From: Squalus acanthias
Taxonomy: Eukaryota
DNA length: 64,000 bases
Assembly: GCA_030390025.1 (NCBI GenBank)
Contig: CM059432.1
Coordinates: 111,912,001-111,976,000, forward strand
Direction of reading: 5' to 3'
In this document: positions 51,395 through 64,000 of the stretch, in pieces
Layout: each line of letters begins with the position of its first letter
How positions within the stretch are numbered: the stretch's first letter is position 1
Notes under the pieces: model-generated
Told to the model about the DNA's origin: nothing
Database searches by the model: none
The model's input: only the letters and a program-made list of their open reading frames with translations
Position numbers and translations under genes: made by a program

Positions 51395-53341
51395 ATGGCC
51401 AGCCAGAGACCTAGGTTTGCACCTCGATTTGATGACGTCGCCCTGCAAGCTTTAATTGAGGGAGCCAGAGCTAATAAGGAGGTGCTCTTCCTTTCTTCAG
51501 GGAGGAAGAAGCCTTCCCATCAAACCAAGGCTATGTGGATCCAGGTGGCAGAGGAGGTCAACTCGTTGTCCATAACCCGCAGAACCTGGCTTCAGTGCAG
51601 GAAGAGGTTTCATGACCTGCTGCGCACTGGAAAAGTGAGTATGAATTTCCCATCACCCTCATTCTGATCCCCATTGCCTCTCCTCACCAGCACTCAGCTT
51701 TGACAACCTCTTCCTCCACATCCCACTTGACACTGACATCCCTGCACCCTTACCCATTCCCTCTCTCTGTATGGTCACATTCACCTAACTATTCGACTAT
51801 GCAGCCCTCACACTCCCTATCACTGTGATGCTATGAAAACAACTTACAACACACAGGGAGGGCCCATGGTCTTGCCACCTCACTCCGAATTTGTCTCCTT
51901 CTAACCATCAATGATATAGATTCTCTACACTCACTCCTTCATTCTCACTCAAACTCCACTTGTCTCCCTCATTGCAGGAAAAGAGAGCTCACAATAAGAG
52001 GGAAAGTGCGAGGACAGGAGGAGGGCCACCCTCAGTAGCCCAGCTCACCACCTGGGAGGAGGCGGTGCTGGAGATCATGGGAGTGGAGGAGGATGCGCAA
52101 GTGGGGGACGGACAGACGGGTGCATCAGAGCAAGCTGGTGACAGAATAGTTCATCATCTCTCTCATTGACATTGCATGAGTCACTGATAATGATTCTGAT
52201 GCTCCAGCAGACTGACTTATGATCATCTGCAATATGCAATGTGCATGTAACCTTGGAATCACATCTCTGACTCTTTCCTTTACTCCCCCCCAGGACCATC
52301 GCGAGCAGCTGTCCCCACTGTCCAAGAGGAAGAGCATGAGCCTCACCACTCCTCAGAGGAAGCTGCAACCTCTGAGGGCGCCGCGTCAGCAGAATTCTGC
52401 GCACCCAGCACCAGCGCAGACACTCACACCTCAGAGGGAACATCGCGAGATAGAGTAGTGTTGTCACCTGGTGTATTACAGCTCACGAGTGAGCATCAGC
52501 AGATAGTGGAGACAGGGACAGCAGTGGAGAGTGCTAGTCGGAGGGCGCAGGACTCTCCTAGCTTGGCTCAGCTGCATGTCGACCCTCTGCCTCTGGGTCC
52601 ATCCATAAGATTAGCGGTGCTGGAACTCCAGGAACAGATGCAGGAGTCTCTGGCAGGTTTTGTCTCCAGGGTCACTGTGAGTGTGGAGCGAATGGAGGAG
52701 TCCATAGCGAACATGAGCAGAGCCTTTGTGGAGTCATCACGGAAAGGATGGCAACCTCCGTGGAAAGGATGGCTACAGTAGAGGAGAGGATGGCTACGGC
52801 TATGGAGGAGATAAGTCGCCAGAGTGTAGAAAACATGGTCATTGTTCAGAATAGACTGGCATCTCTTGAGGAGCGATGGTCATCTATTAATCACAGAAAC
52901 CAGACCTTCATGGAAGTCCTACTGAGTAGGACTTCCAGTGCAGATACGGGTCCCCATGGCCCCCCTGATGTGCAGCAAGGTGCTCTCAATCCACTTGCAA
53001 GCGCTGAGGTGGGGCTGACCCATGAGAGGGATGTTGGTGGCAGACAATAAGGAAGTGGGGGCTCCTCTCCAAGCGCTCACACGTCCAAGCCACTGCAGAG
53101 CCCTCGGTCAGAGCTCCACCAGAGTCCTCACCCAACTGAGATCGGCGTCTCAACCCCTGCACAGCCGCAGGAGCAGCAGACTGTTGCCGAGCCCTCACAG
53201 GCTCGCAACCCCAGAGGATGCCCGCCAAAGGTGTCGAGGCAGGAGCAGCAAGAAAGTGAGCAAGGGGCCTCCACATCTGCTGAAGCCACAGGGGAAGCAC
53301 CACGTAGGAGCACGCGTAAAAGAAAAATAATGCACAAGTAG
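51395..53341 (+). pseudogene. Harbinger Myb/SANT gene, 3 exons (51395-51634, 51978-52137, 52294-~53341)
   Basis: APRFDDVALQALIE..WIQVAEEVNS..RRTWLQCRKRFHDL; conserved splice sites; frameshifting deletion ~52735, stop 53048-53050. Confidence 0.88.
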
Positions 53342-53598
53342 TCTCAAGGGTAGTCACTTGGGTGTAACGTTGTGTTTAATCTTGAAATGACAGCACTTGC
53401 TTGGTGTGATTCAAAATTCTGCTGGCAAACTGCTGAGTTGTGGCGTCTGTCATTTCGCAAATGGGACTTCCACATTGAGGGTTTAGGATGACTTGCAATT
53501 GTCAGTATGGTGGTCAGAGTGATAGGAATCCGTAGGTTCCTGGCCATTGTCGATGGTCTGATAAGAAGGTGCGAGGCAAAAGTGTTTGATTGTGCAGG

Positions 53599-53820
53599 CT
53601 AAGCAAATCTGGTCAAGTGCGTCCCTTGCATCCCGGGCAGCAATGTGGTCGCGCGCTGGTGCCTTCTGGCCTGTGCAGCTTCAGGTGGGTGAGGAGCAGC
53701 TTGGCACTCCTGTTGATGCTGCTGCTGCTGGTGGTGCTGCTGTTCATGGTTCTGCTGCTGCCACGGCTGGTCTTCGTCCGAATCTGATATCCAGGAGGAA
53801 AGGAAATAAATGGTTCCCAT
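53599..53820 (-). pseudogene. Harbinger transposase remnant (core deleted)
   Basis: MGTIYFLSSWISDSDEDQ..Q-rich..ARRHQR joined to HIAARDARDAL..RFA*. Confidence 0.65.
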
Positions 53821-54633
53821 GCTTCTGGTATATGCCTCAGTTGAGGAAGCGCTCAGTCAAGGTGGAGAGAGGGGTTTCCCAGGAGGTCACACTGGAGATG
53901 GGTGTCAGGCTCCAAACTTCCACAGTTGTGGTTATGCCATATAAAAGTTCCCCCAGACCTCAGACAACAAAGTCCTGCCAACTGCAAATGATGGCTGATC
54001 ACATCTCCTATTTCATGGTTGAGCTGCAGCTGATAGTCAGCAATCCAAATGTGCTACCGCCAGGTTTCACATTCGTGGTTCAGAACAGGCGTGCTTCACG
54101 TGGAAAAAGGGTTTAAATCACAAAGGCCTTTCAAAATGGCATTATAGAGGCAATTTAGTGCTTGTTAAGGGTCTTAACGGCCTATCCCGCCTCTTGGAGG
54201 CGGGACGGAGTCGGGACCAGCAGACACGATTTAATGAAAATTGTGTGGAGGCGGGATGGAGGCGGGCTTGTGCCCGCCTGCCAGTTTTCGCAATTTTAAC
54301 CCCCCACATGCCTCCAAACCCACCTCCACGGGTCAATGAAAATTCTGCCCAATAGCTTTGGTCTTCCCAATATTTAGTTGGAGGAAATTCTGCTCATCCA
54401 GTACTGGATGTCGGACAAGCAGTCTGACAAATTAGAGACCGTGGAGGGGTCGAGAGAGGTGGTGGTGAGGTAGAGCTGGATGTCGTCAGCGTATATGTGG
54501 AAACTGACGCTGTGTTTTTTGGATGATGTCGCCGAGGGGCAGCATGTAGATGAGAAATAGGAGGGGGGCAAGGATAGATCCTTGGGGGACACCAGAGGTA
54601 ACAGTGAGGGAGTGCAAACAGAAGCCATTGCAG

Positions 54634-55390
54634 AGGGAATGGTAGCGTAGTGGTAATGTCACTGGGCTAATAATCCAGAGGCCTGGACTAATGATCCATG
54701 AAACGTGAGTTCAAATCCCCACCATGGTAGCTGGGGAATTTAAAAATCAGTTAATTAAATAAATCTGGAATAAAAAGCTAGTATCAGTAGGTCAGCGAGG
54801 ACAGGGGAGATGGGTGAACGGGACTTGGTGCGAGTTAGGGCACAGGCAGCCGAGTTTTGGATGACCTCAAGTTTATGGAGAGTAGAACATGGGAGCCCGG
54901 AAACTGCCGGATTCTCATAAAAACCCTATCTGGTTCACTAATGTCTGGCCATCACCATCCCTGAGTATGTCCTGTCCCACCGGCAGGGCAGACCCACCAG
55001 GTGGCACAGTGGTATACAGTCGGGATACAGTAGTGGCCCTGGGAGTCCTCAACATTGACTCCAGACTCCATGAAGTCTCATGGCTTCAGGTCAAGCATGG
55101 GCAAAGAAACCTCCTGCTGATTACCACCTACTGCCCTCCCTCAGCTGATGAATCAGTACTCCTCCATGTTGAAGAAGCACTGAGAATAGCAAGGGCACAG
55201 AATGTACTCTGGGTGGGGGACTTCAATGTCCATCACCAAAAGTGGCTCGGTAGCACCACTACTGGCCGAGCCAGTCTGGGCCTGCGACAAGTGGTGAGAG
55301 AACCAACACGAGGGCAAAACCTACTTGACCTCATCCTCACCAATCTACCTGTCGCAGATGCATCTGTCCATGACAGTATTGGTAGCAGTA
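54634..55390 (+). mobile_element. 5' part of the tRNA-headed LINE: tRNA head, body and endonuclease
   Basis: A box TAGCGTAGTGG (54643), B box GTTCAAATCC (54709), body to 54946, then EN sequence matching 16850-17330; L2 piece inserted at ~54789-54900. Confidence 0.88.
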
Positions 55391-55909
55391 ACTCCCGCGC
55401 CCCTCCCTCCTGTGCATTTGCTGATCCCACCACAGTACGTCATCACTGCTGCAGATGGTGATTGTCTGCCTCGTCCTGCTGGTGTCACTTTGAAAGCTTC
55501 CAAACTTCTCCAATACCTGTGTGCTGACAGGAACTCTCTGCTAAACATGTGCCAGAGTGCACTGTGGAAGCACTGAGCATTTATTGAGATCGGGCAATCT
55601 GAACTTTAATGACCCCCATGAAGTGCACCTGAAACTCGCCGCCTTTCCTGAACCCCGGGAAACCTGTGCTGGAAACGTTAAATTCAAAAGACTGTTCAAT
55701 TCAATCGAAAATTGCCTCATTACCATGTTCTAATGATGTTAAAGGCTGTATTAATTACCGATCCGCCTGTACTAATGATTGCGCCGACTCTGGCCAGCAG
55801 ATTACTTGCACGCAGCCAAACGCACCTCTGTTAAACCTGGAGGTGGGCGTGTTGAAGCCGGGTCGCGGTCGTTCTTCTATTTTTACTTCCCACCTGACCC
55901 CAACCCAGA

Positions 55910-55946
55910 AGTTCTGATGAAAGGTCTTCGACCTGAAACGTTAACT
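55910..55946 (+). ncRNA. Minimal hammerhead ribozyme in a Penelope-type pLTR (55905-56010)
   Basis: AGTT-CTGATGA-AAGGTC-TTC-GACCT-GAAA-CGTT-AACT. Confidence 0.8.
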
Positions 55947-56197
55947 CTGTTTCTCTCCCCACGGATGCTGCCTGGCCTGCTGAGTTTTTCCAGCGTTTTC
56001 TGTTGTTATTATAAATAATTGAGAACTTTTTTGTTGGGGGTTATATGGTCAGTCATCTCACTGGAGGCAATGAAAATCATATGTTGACCTTCACGAAATA
56101 TTCTCTTTCCGTGCATATCTGCAAAGGACAAGATGTGCCAAACACAATTCAATGTAAACCTATTTCACTTTGCCAAAACAAAGTAATAGATGCATAT

Positions 56198-56660
56198 GCC
56201 AGCCGTGGCTCAGCTGGTAGCACCCTCACCTCTGAGTCAGAAGGTTGTGGGTTCATAGTCCCACTCCAGAGACTTGAGCACAAAAATCCAGGCTGACACA
56301 CCAGTGCAGTACTGAAGAAGTGCTGCACTGTCGGAGGTGCCGTCTTTCAGATGGGACGTTAAACCGAGGACCCATCTGCTCTCTCAGGTGGACGTAAAAG
56401 CTCTTATGGCACTATTTCAAAGAAGAGCAGGGGAATTATCCCTGGCATCCAAGCCAATATTTATCCCTCAACATCACTAAAACAGATTATCAGGTCATTA
56501 TCACATTGCTGTTTGTGGGAGCTTGCTGCGTGCAAATTGGCTGCCACGTTTCCCACATTACAACAGTGACTACACTTCAAAAAGTACTTGATTGGCTGTA
56601 AAGCGCTTTGGGACGTCCGGTGGTCGTGAAAGGCGCTATAGAAATGCAAGTCTTTCTTTC
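56198..56660 (+). mobile_element. Full-length Deu-domain SINE (SacSINE1-like)
   Basis: tRNA head TGGCTCAGCTGG..GGTTCA; Deu core ACGTTAAACCGAGG..GGACGTAAAAG..ATGGCACTATTTC; L2-like tail AAAGGCGCTATAGAAATGCAAG. Confidence 0.85.
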
Positions 56661-59034
56661 TGTGTCAAGTCTGTTATGGATATAGCATGGGCCTAAACAT
56701 TACGAGATAAAAACAAAAGCTTCTAAATGCTGCAAAGCAGTAAACACTGGTAATACACAGCAGACCAGTCAGCACCTGATGGGGAAAGATAGGTTAATGT
56801 TTCAGGTGTGGCTGATTCTTCCATTTCGTTACTGCAGATTGGCACTTCTGCAAGAGAGTGAGGTTAAGAAAGGAGAAAAGTAGCAGTTTGGAGCATATGG
56901 GATACACGAGGTACATGTGTCTCATTCTAAGTTTAGAAACCGGCAGCTCATTTTTCTCTTCTACAGCGCACGATCTTGATGGAGATAATTCTATCCAGCA
57001 CAGATTGGCACTGACTATATTAATTTTAACGAACTACAAGAACACGCTGGTGCTCAGTTCACAGTACAGTAATTTTACCCCAGTGGACAGTCAGTAAAAC
57101 AAATGCCCCTACAACCACTGTGAATTTGCCTCCAATCAGCATGCGGTTTGCTGATATATTCTGTCATGCGTCGGATGGAATCCCATCCGCAACAGTAAAG
57201 CGTCTTCTTTTTTTAGGTGCTGACTGGCCTGCTGTACACTCCCACCATTTTCTGCTCTCACTTCACATTGTCCAGTGTCTTTTGTGGATTTCCTGTATTA
57301 GCCCTGCTCTGATAAGGAATTTGCTTTCCTGACACCTTAAGCTTAAACTGTCGGTTTATCCCAGGATATCAGCAAAATGTGTATGAGCGGAGCTTCATAA
57401 AAAGATGGCAGTTGGCTGGATTTCTCTGGTCAGTATCAGCAATTCCATTTTTTTTTTGTTTAAAGTAGTCAATTGAAGACTCGCAAGCCTACAATATACC
57501 CACAAAGCACTGCATCAAAAGCAGAAGCAGTACTCATAAGGAAGATAGAGCAGACAGCAGATTTGTGACACAGCAATACATGAAACCCATCAGCTGATGA
57601 CTGAAAATCCCTCTTTTCTAATTAATCGAGGTACACAGGCTAGGGATGAAGAGGATCAGGGAAATGAAATCAGGAAAAAGATACCATCAGTCATTTCTGC
57701 GGCCCATTGTCATACTTCAGAATCAGCTGTAATGAATCACTCAGGCATTCCGGAGATACATTCAAATGGTGAAGAAAATTCATTGTCCAGTGGAGAGCAT
57801 TTGATAAAAATCTTCCCTTTTTTTTTCATTGTCACAAGTCCATGATCAGAAAGGAAATCAAGGCAGCACAACAGGTGTACTGTGCAGCCTGCTGGAATCT
57901 GCAAATGAGCTCAGACAGAACCTGTTCTTTTCAGTTTCGCACAGTGAAGCAAATCCCTGTCGTATCACAGCCAGCTGCAATATATACTAGGAAGGCTTAA
58001 GATCTCAGAAATAAGTGCTGAATTGACCCTCGGGTTACTGTAAAGCACTATAGTAGTAACAGCAGGATGAAATAAAACTGAAGAAAGCAGTCGTAAGTTG
58101 ACTGACTGAAATGCAGAGACATTGCAAGCAGCTGAATGTTTGTCTGTGCAACCAAGCACTTGGAACAAGGATTTTATTTTTATTTTTAAAGGGAGTTTTT
58201 CTGAACTGTTTCAATGGTGACTTCCTCAAACTATAATGCTATGGCAGCCCTGATTTAGAATTAACCCCGAGACTCACGGCATTGTAAAACAGAACCTAAC
58301 TGTAAGGTTCTAAACTTAATGGAAGTCAGTAAGGAGATGAACTTCAATTGCACAAAGCCCAACTGGGAAGCATAAAGGCAAATGAAAAAGAGAAAGCTGT
58401 ATAAATTTACAAAATAATAAAAATGGATTGGAGTGAGTTCAGGTCTAACAAATTCTTTGGGTTTGGATAACTGTAATGAACTACTATAGCTTCTCTCTCA
58501 GAGCTCATCACATCATTCAAACTATTGGAGTGTGTTATAGCCTACTGAAACATGTGCAGCATATGTTATTCTCCATAATAACATAGGCAAGCTCTTTACC
58601 AGTCTTGCAAGGGCTCTTTAAAGAAAATAGGAACAGAAGAGAAAATGCTGCATGCATTCAAATATCAGGAAAATATATGGTCAGGAGTAAAACTGGTTAT
58701 GAGCTCAATGGCCTCATAAGTGTGAAATAAAATTGGACCCCCTCTCCAGCATGTTTATTATATACAATATAACATGTACAAGGCAGCATGCTAAGAAGTG
58801 AACTGCTGTCGAAATCAACCTGGTATTACCACAGCTTTGTAACTCATTACTTGGAATATATTATTATGCCTAATATAGGTTCATCATCCCAGCTTGAAGC
58901 GGGCAGTTTACTTTCTAATATTCACAGTATGTGACCAGAGAAAAATATGCAAAGTATGTACAGTGGAATGTGTATTCCAGTTTATTGCTGTGAGTCACCT
59001 CATAACATACGGTGACAAAGCTGAGTGAGTTAGA

Positions 59035-59640
59035 GATGTGAGTGCAGTAAAATGTCAAGTGCTACACACAGGAAGGAAAAATAAATGTCACGGGTACTTC
59101 ATGAATGGTGCTGAAATAGCCCAAGGAGCCTTACTGGACATGTCCAGCCAATGCAGAGCAACAATCAACAAAGCCAAGCGGCTGCTGAACTACATAGTTA
59201 AAAGAATAGAATGTAACTTCAGAGTAGGTAATGATCAAACTGTAGAGTGCTCGAGTCAGACTGCAGCCAGAATATTGCAGCCAGTTTTGGTCGCCAAGAA
59301 ATAAGAAAGACATTCAAGTGCTGAAGACAGTACACAAAACTGATCCAGTGTCAAGGCGTCTGAGTTAGAAAGGAGGTATGTGAGAGGTGATTTTGTAGAG
59401 CTATACAAGATATATAACGGTATAGAAAAAATTCACTCGGAAAATTACTTTAATATAAACTGTGGGAGTAGTATTAATTAGTAAAATTAGTAAAAGGTCA
59501 TTTTAAGATTGATATCAGGAAATTCTTCTTCACATAAACAGTGAGCAGCACGTGGAATAAACTTTCAGATAGATAGAGCAGTGGAAGCAAAAACCCTGGA
59601 ATATTACAACGGGCGGAGGGATCTTTCTGGATGGATTCAC
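59035..59640 (+). mobile_element. Highly decayed CR1 3' fragment
   Basis: KCQVLHTGRKN..INKAKRLLNYI; TTCTTCACATAAACAGTG..TGGAATAAACTT. Confidence 0.65.
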
Positions 59641-59939
59641 GTCCATAATGATATTCTAATCTTCTATCACAGTAATACGTATACTGATATACAAATCCCA
59701 CAGCAGCTGCGTAACATACACACTTGATTTTATGGTAGTAAGGGAAAATCTGTCCACATAATTGTTACATTAGAAACCTTTCTAAAATACTTAAGCCATA
59801 AACAGCAGTAGTAGCAGGTGACATATGAATTTGAAGGAGAGCTACATGCAAAAGAATGCTGTACTGACAGAGGGAAATGTTAAAAAATATTGCAACTTAG
59901 GTAGAAGAAACAAAAGTAACAAGGTTATTCAGGCTCATA

Positions 59940-62255
59940 GGTCGCGAAATTCAATAACCCGTGAAAACAAGCACGGGGATCGCAATGCGCTATTAACCCG
60001 CAACTGTTGAGTCCGATGCAGGCAGCGTGCCAACTTCGTGCTGCCTGCTCTTTTAAATGATTGTAGCGTGCAGCCAGTGTTAACTGCACTGTTCATTGGC
60101 TGCATGCATCAGCAGGGGGCCCAAAATCGTACGAGGTTAGCACCACTTAAAGCTGGCCTGCACTACTTAAAGCCAGGCTGCACCTCTTAAAGGGGAGGTG
60201 TATTGTGGCTGGAGCAGGTGCTGGAAGTCATTCTACAACTGATTCTGACCTGGGAAATACTCAATAATGGCACAACATGGGGGACAGCGGGCTCCAAGGT
60301 TCTCCAACGCTGCACTGGGAGGCCTTGGTGGAGGAGGTGGAGAGGAGGAGAGATGTGCTGTATCCACAGGGAGCTAGGAGGCCCTCCAGACAAATGTTCA
60401 GAAGGCTGTGGGAGCAGATAGCTGTGGTGGTCAATGCCAGGAGTCAAACCCTGAGCGCCTGGATATAGTGCCGCAAAAATTTCAATGACCTCACATGAGT
60501 GGTCAAGGTCAGTAAATGCATTTTCAAATGCCATATCCTACCAACTGCACTACCAGCCTCACACACTGCTCAATGCACCACACCCCATCACTCACTTACC
60601 AACAATCTCTATCAATCAGGGCTCCTACATAACATTCATAGCTTCACCTCACCCTCACACACTTACCACTGTTGCAAGCCTCACACCCACATCTCACAGC
60701 TTGCACACACTGCCAGTTATTCAACCATGACAGCCTCATCACCCAAACAGATTGCACCACACTCACAGACACACTTCCCTCTCTCTTGCAGGACAAAGGA
60801 CAAGGTGGCTCACAACTGGAGGCAGCAGGAGCTAACCGGTGGGGGACAGGCGTGCCTGCACGTCCTTACCCCCGTGGAGAAGACGGTGCTTGCCATCATT
60901 GGAGCGGCCATTGCTGAGGCCGTGGCCAACTGCGGGGCTGAAACCATCGAAGGCGATGGTATCCTCGAACCTAATCCTCCTCATCCTATAAACTCTACTG
61001 ATTTACAAGCTGCAGATGGCATTAGCATGCACCTCTTACTTTCCCCCTCCCCTCACCACAACCTTACCTTGTGCCTTTCTCCTTTCAGATACCCAAGAAC
61101 GGCAAATTGGTCAGACAGTGGTGGAAGAGCAACAGGTGGATAAGGAAGAAGACAGTGATGATGAAGAAACACCATTACTCGATTTCACACTCGCAGCCAC
61201 CAGCTCAGATACTGGAACTGCATGTAATTTAAGATTTAAGGATAGCTCAGATGCGGGATCTGCATGTGGTGAGTCACCAGGCACAAGTGGCCTGCTGCCA
61301 GGGCAGGAGTCAAGGGTAGCACAGGTGCCAGCTTGCCGGAGGGAGAGGTCGCACACGGGTTCTGCTGCAGAGGACTCAGATGAGGACTTCGATGGAGCAG
61401 GCTATGGAGGAATGCTGATGGGTATGCACAATGAAATGCTTGGTGCATTGACAGGCCTGCTAGAAAGCCTGAGTGCAACATCAAGGTGCATGGAAGAGTC
61501 CAGCACTAACTTGGCACAGAGCTTTGTGCAGAGCATCCTTTCCAGCATGGAAGTGGTGGTCAACTCCATCAACACACTTGTGGAACCAACCATGATACAG
61601 CGTCTGATGGCTGATGGCTCAGCTTCCATTGCAGTGCAAGCAGCAGCCACCGAACATCGGAGTGCTACAATGGAAGCTTAGACTGCTGCCATGCAAGCTC
61701 AGACTGCTGCCATCATGGCTGTGGATAACACAAGTGCAAATGCACTTGCAGCGTGTCACAGCAGTCTAGCAATCTGTCCTCCAACAGATTACTAGGACAG
61801 TTGAGGCACCACCCAAAGGAGTGGCAGTGGCTCCGTGGAGCATGAACCTACTGTCCTCTCTCAGGATGATAGCATTCATCCTCCCACCACTACCACTCCG
61901 CCAGTGTCCATGCCGTTGCCTGTCAGCCAGCCAGCCCAGACTGCTGCCACCCATGCCGAGGTGGTGCATTCCACAGCCAGGCCTACTAGGCCCAGAGCTG
62001 CTCGAGGTTGTCCTCCAAGGCCATCTGCAGTCTCCCCCACTGAAAGTCAGTAGCCTTCCTCCAGCCATGCTGCAGCCAGTGGGGTGGCACAGTGTAGGAG
62101 CATTAGGACAGGCAAAGACACACGGGAGACAAGCACCAAGGGAATGCACAAGGGTGATTAGTTGAAGTTTGTATGCAATATGGCATGGCTTTGATTTATA
62201 AATTGGGTTTGGAATGTTTATTTAGTGTTGGCTTTTAGTTTTGCATTGTGGCCAA
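59940..62255 (+). mobile_element. Harbinger family C, copy 2; decayed Myb/SANT gene 60267-62161 (exons ~60267-60507, 60792-60958, 61089-62161)
   Basis: EALVEEVERRRDVLYPQG..LWEQIAVVVNA..CRKNFNDL; DKVAHNWRQQELTGGG; truncated before the transposase. Confidence 0.85.
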
Positions 62256-62276
62256 GCAAAGATAAGGTGGGGGACT

Positions 62277-62381
62277 GAAATAACAACAGAAAATGCTGGA
62301 AACACTCAGCAGGTCAGGCAGCATCAAGGAGAGAGAAACAGAGTCAACGTTTCGAGTTGGGGACCCTTCGTCAGAACTGGA
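62277..62381 (-). mobile_element. Penelope-type pLTR fragment with hammerhead motif
   Basis: rc AGTT-CTGACGA-AGGGTC...TC-GAAA-CGTT-GACT; similar to 55905-56010. Confidence 0.75.
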
Positions 62382-63951
62382 TATATTACATTAAGAAATT
62401 TCCATAGCACAATATATCACCCCATTTCACCCCCACTGCTCTTATGTATGAGTTTTGCCATTAAACATAGCAATAGGTCACAGAGCAGTGGACGTAATAA
62501 CATGATGCCACACAAGGAAGCAACAATTGATTTATTCAGTAAGGAGAGTTTGCAAGGTGTTGGAACTCTGGAAGTTGAATGAGTGCACGGAAATGCTGTA
62601 CCATATTAAAGGCATATTTTATGATTTGCGTATGTTCCATTAATGTGTCGGTATAGACTTCACAGATTGATCATTTGTGCTCAAATGAACAAATGAGTAT
62701 GTGCTCATAAGATGTAATTATGAGTGCATAAACATTTAATGGGTAGAAAATCATGCACAATGTGTCGCCAAATTTTCGATATCCGGTATTGGCAACTGAA
62801 CTTACCCATCAGTAACGCATAGTCAGAAAATTATCCCAATAATGTCGTATTTTCAAAGTGCAAAGAGATACAACCAAGCACACCTGAAGAACAGCACTCA
62901 CCTGAGCTGCAATCATCACCCTGCTCCCCCCTCCACCCCCCACCAACACACACAAACTCTTGAAGCACTGCCAGGACAGAAACACACACTGCAGGAGAAG
63001 GTTATTGTGCTGTTGAGTAAAGAACAGGGTGAGGCATCAAGTGTTGTTGATGAAGTTTTTCTGGTTGCTCAGGGCCTTCTGGTACAGGGCAGAGATGGTG
63101 AGTGCTCCTCCTGAGGCATGTCGGGATACTGAATTTGCTTTTCAATGAAGGCTGTTAGAACATGGGATCCATGTTGAACAATCACTTGTCTCCATGCACT
63201 CCATGCACACTGCACAAGTGAACTCACCCATGTCCACTAGCCTAGAAGCCCATTCATCCTGAATGTGGCTCCCACCCATATGTCAAAGTATTAGCTGAAG
63301 AGCCTTTTGGCTGTAGCACCAACCCCTGGAGAACACTGTGCTCCCAGGCCCACCAGCTCTAGTTCAGATGCTGTGACAAAGGAGACCTGTGGAAACATTA
63401 CTGGTGAAGCAAGGCTCAACTGGAGAAATATCCCTAACCGTTGAGCCTTCTGGATGATGAAACTGACTGTGACTATCACTCGCTCTCCGTGTGGATGGTA
63501 GAAGACCATGATATCACCTGCCAGTATGCTCACTAGGTGATGGTTCCTCTGATGGTCAAACAAAACCACATTGTGAAAACATGGAGGCTCAAGCTGCTAA
63601 TGCAGAGGGATGTAGGCAGCAAGTTTAAAATTGTACGCACTTCTTGCAAGTGCTTTCCCATCCCCTTCCCAGCCAGTAGGGTAGTGGTCTGGTGACATAG
63701 TTCTCCCTGAAATATTTAGAATTTTTACATAAAAATTGATGTTTGGTGGTAAAGTTTAAACATTTTCTTACTAAATCATTGATTTTTTTTTAACTTAAGT
63801 AAAGGAAAGATAAGTGGCATTTAGATTTATCCATGTTCAACAAATCAACCACACATTCAATAGGCTACCTCAATAGCCACTCATCTCCAACCCCCCCTTC
63901 ACAGGTGCACTTTCTCCATCTAACCTTCTCTCTCAAATTCACAACGACAAT

Positions 63952-64000
63952 GGGGTAATTCCAACTTTGGGCGCTGGTGTAAAACGGGCGATATCGAATT
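63952..64000. mobile_element. Probable start of another MITE (runs off the window)
   Basis: GACAAT|GGGG.. followed by CpG-rich sequence like the other MITE ends. Confidence 0.4.

Larger units (their letters stand above)
51116..54350 (+). mobile_element. PIF/Harbinger family A, copy 2
   Basis: GGGCTGGATTTT...AAAATTCTGCCC, AAT TSD; colinear with 3501-7055. Confidence 0.92.
50335..54633 (-). mobile_element. L2 LINE fragment split by Harbinger (50335-51115 + 54351-54633)
   Basis: [22 protein letters not shown]; (TTG)n tail; GAAGACAAT|AGCTTTGGTCTTCCC rejoins. Confidence 0.9.

Noticed and set aside
53586..54116. 176-aa + strand ORF
   Set aside because: Antisense to the transposase stub and its upstream region; no motif.
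62840..63600. Short ORFs, possibly a very old Myb-type remnant
   Set aside because: No diagnostic motif; cannot be supported.

Overview
Repeat-dense, apparently intronic or intergenic vertebrate DNA. The HE1/V-SINE, Deu-domain SINEs and HER1/CR1-type LINEs point to a cartilaginous fish (inference). No host protein-coding gene can be supported; almost every listed ORF is a transposon fragment or an antisense shadow of one. The window holds many CR1 and L2 LINE fragments, a young RTE LINE, a Mag-like Gypsy element with both LTRs, two solo LTRs, Penelope-like remnants with hammerhead ribozymes (one forming a 176-bp-arm hairpin), a hAT remnant, and many PIF/Harbinger-like elements and MITEs, often deeply nested. 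Three observations stand out. (1) An endonuclease-RT retroelement with a tRNA-derived Pol III-type head, no ORF1 and no sense-strand TTTT in ~3.1 kb; a SINE in the window looks like its internal-deletion derivative. (2) Harbinger families that keep a 3-exon Myb/SANT gene but have lost the transposase core, at the same breakpoint in two copies. (3) A recurrent (GAC)AAT target site for these Harbinger-like elements.
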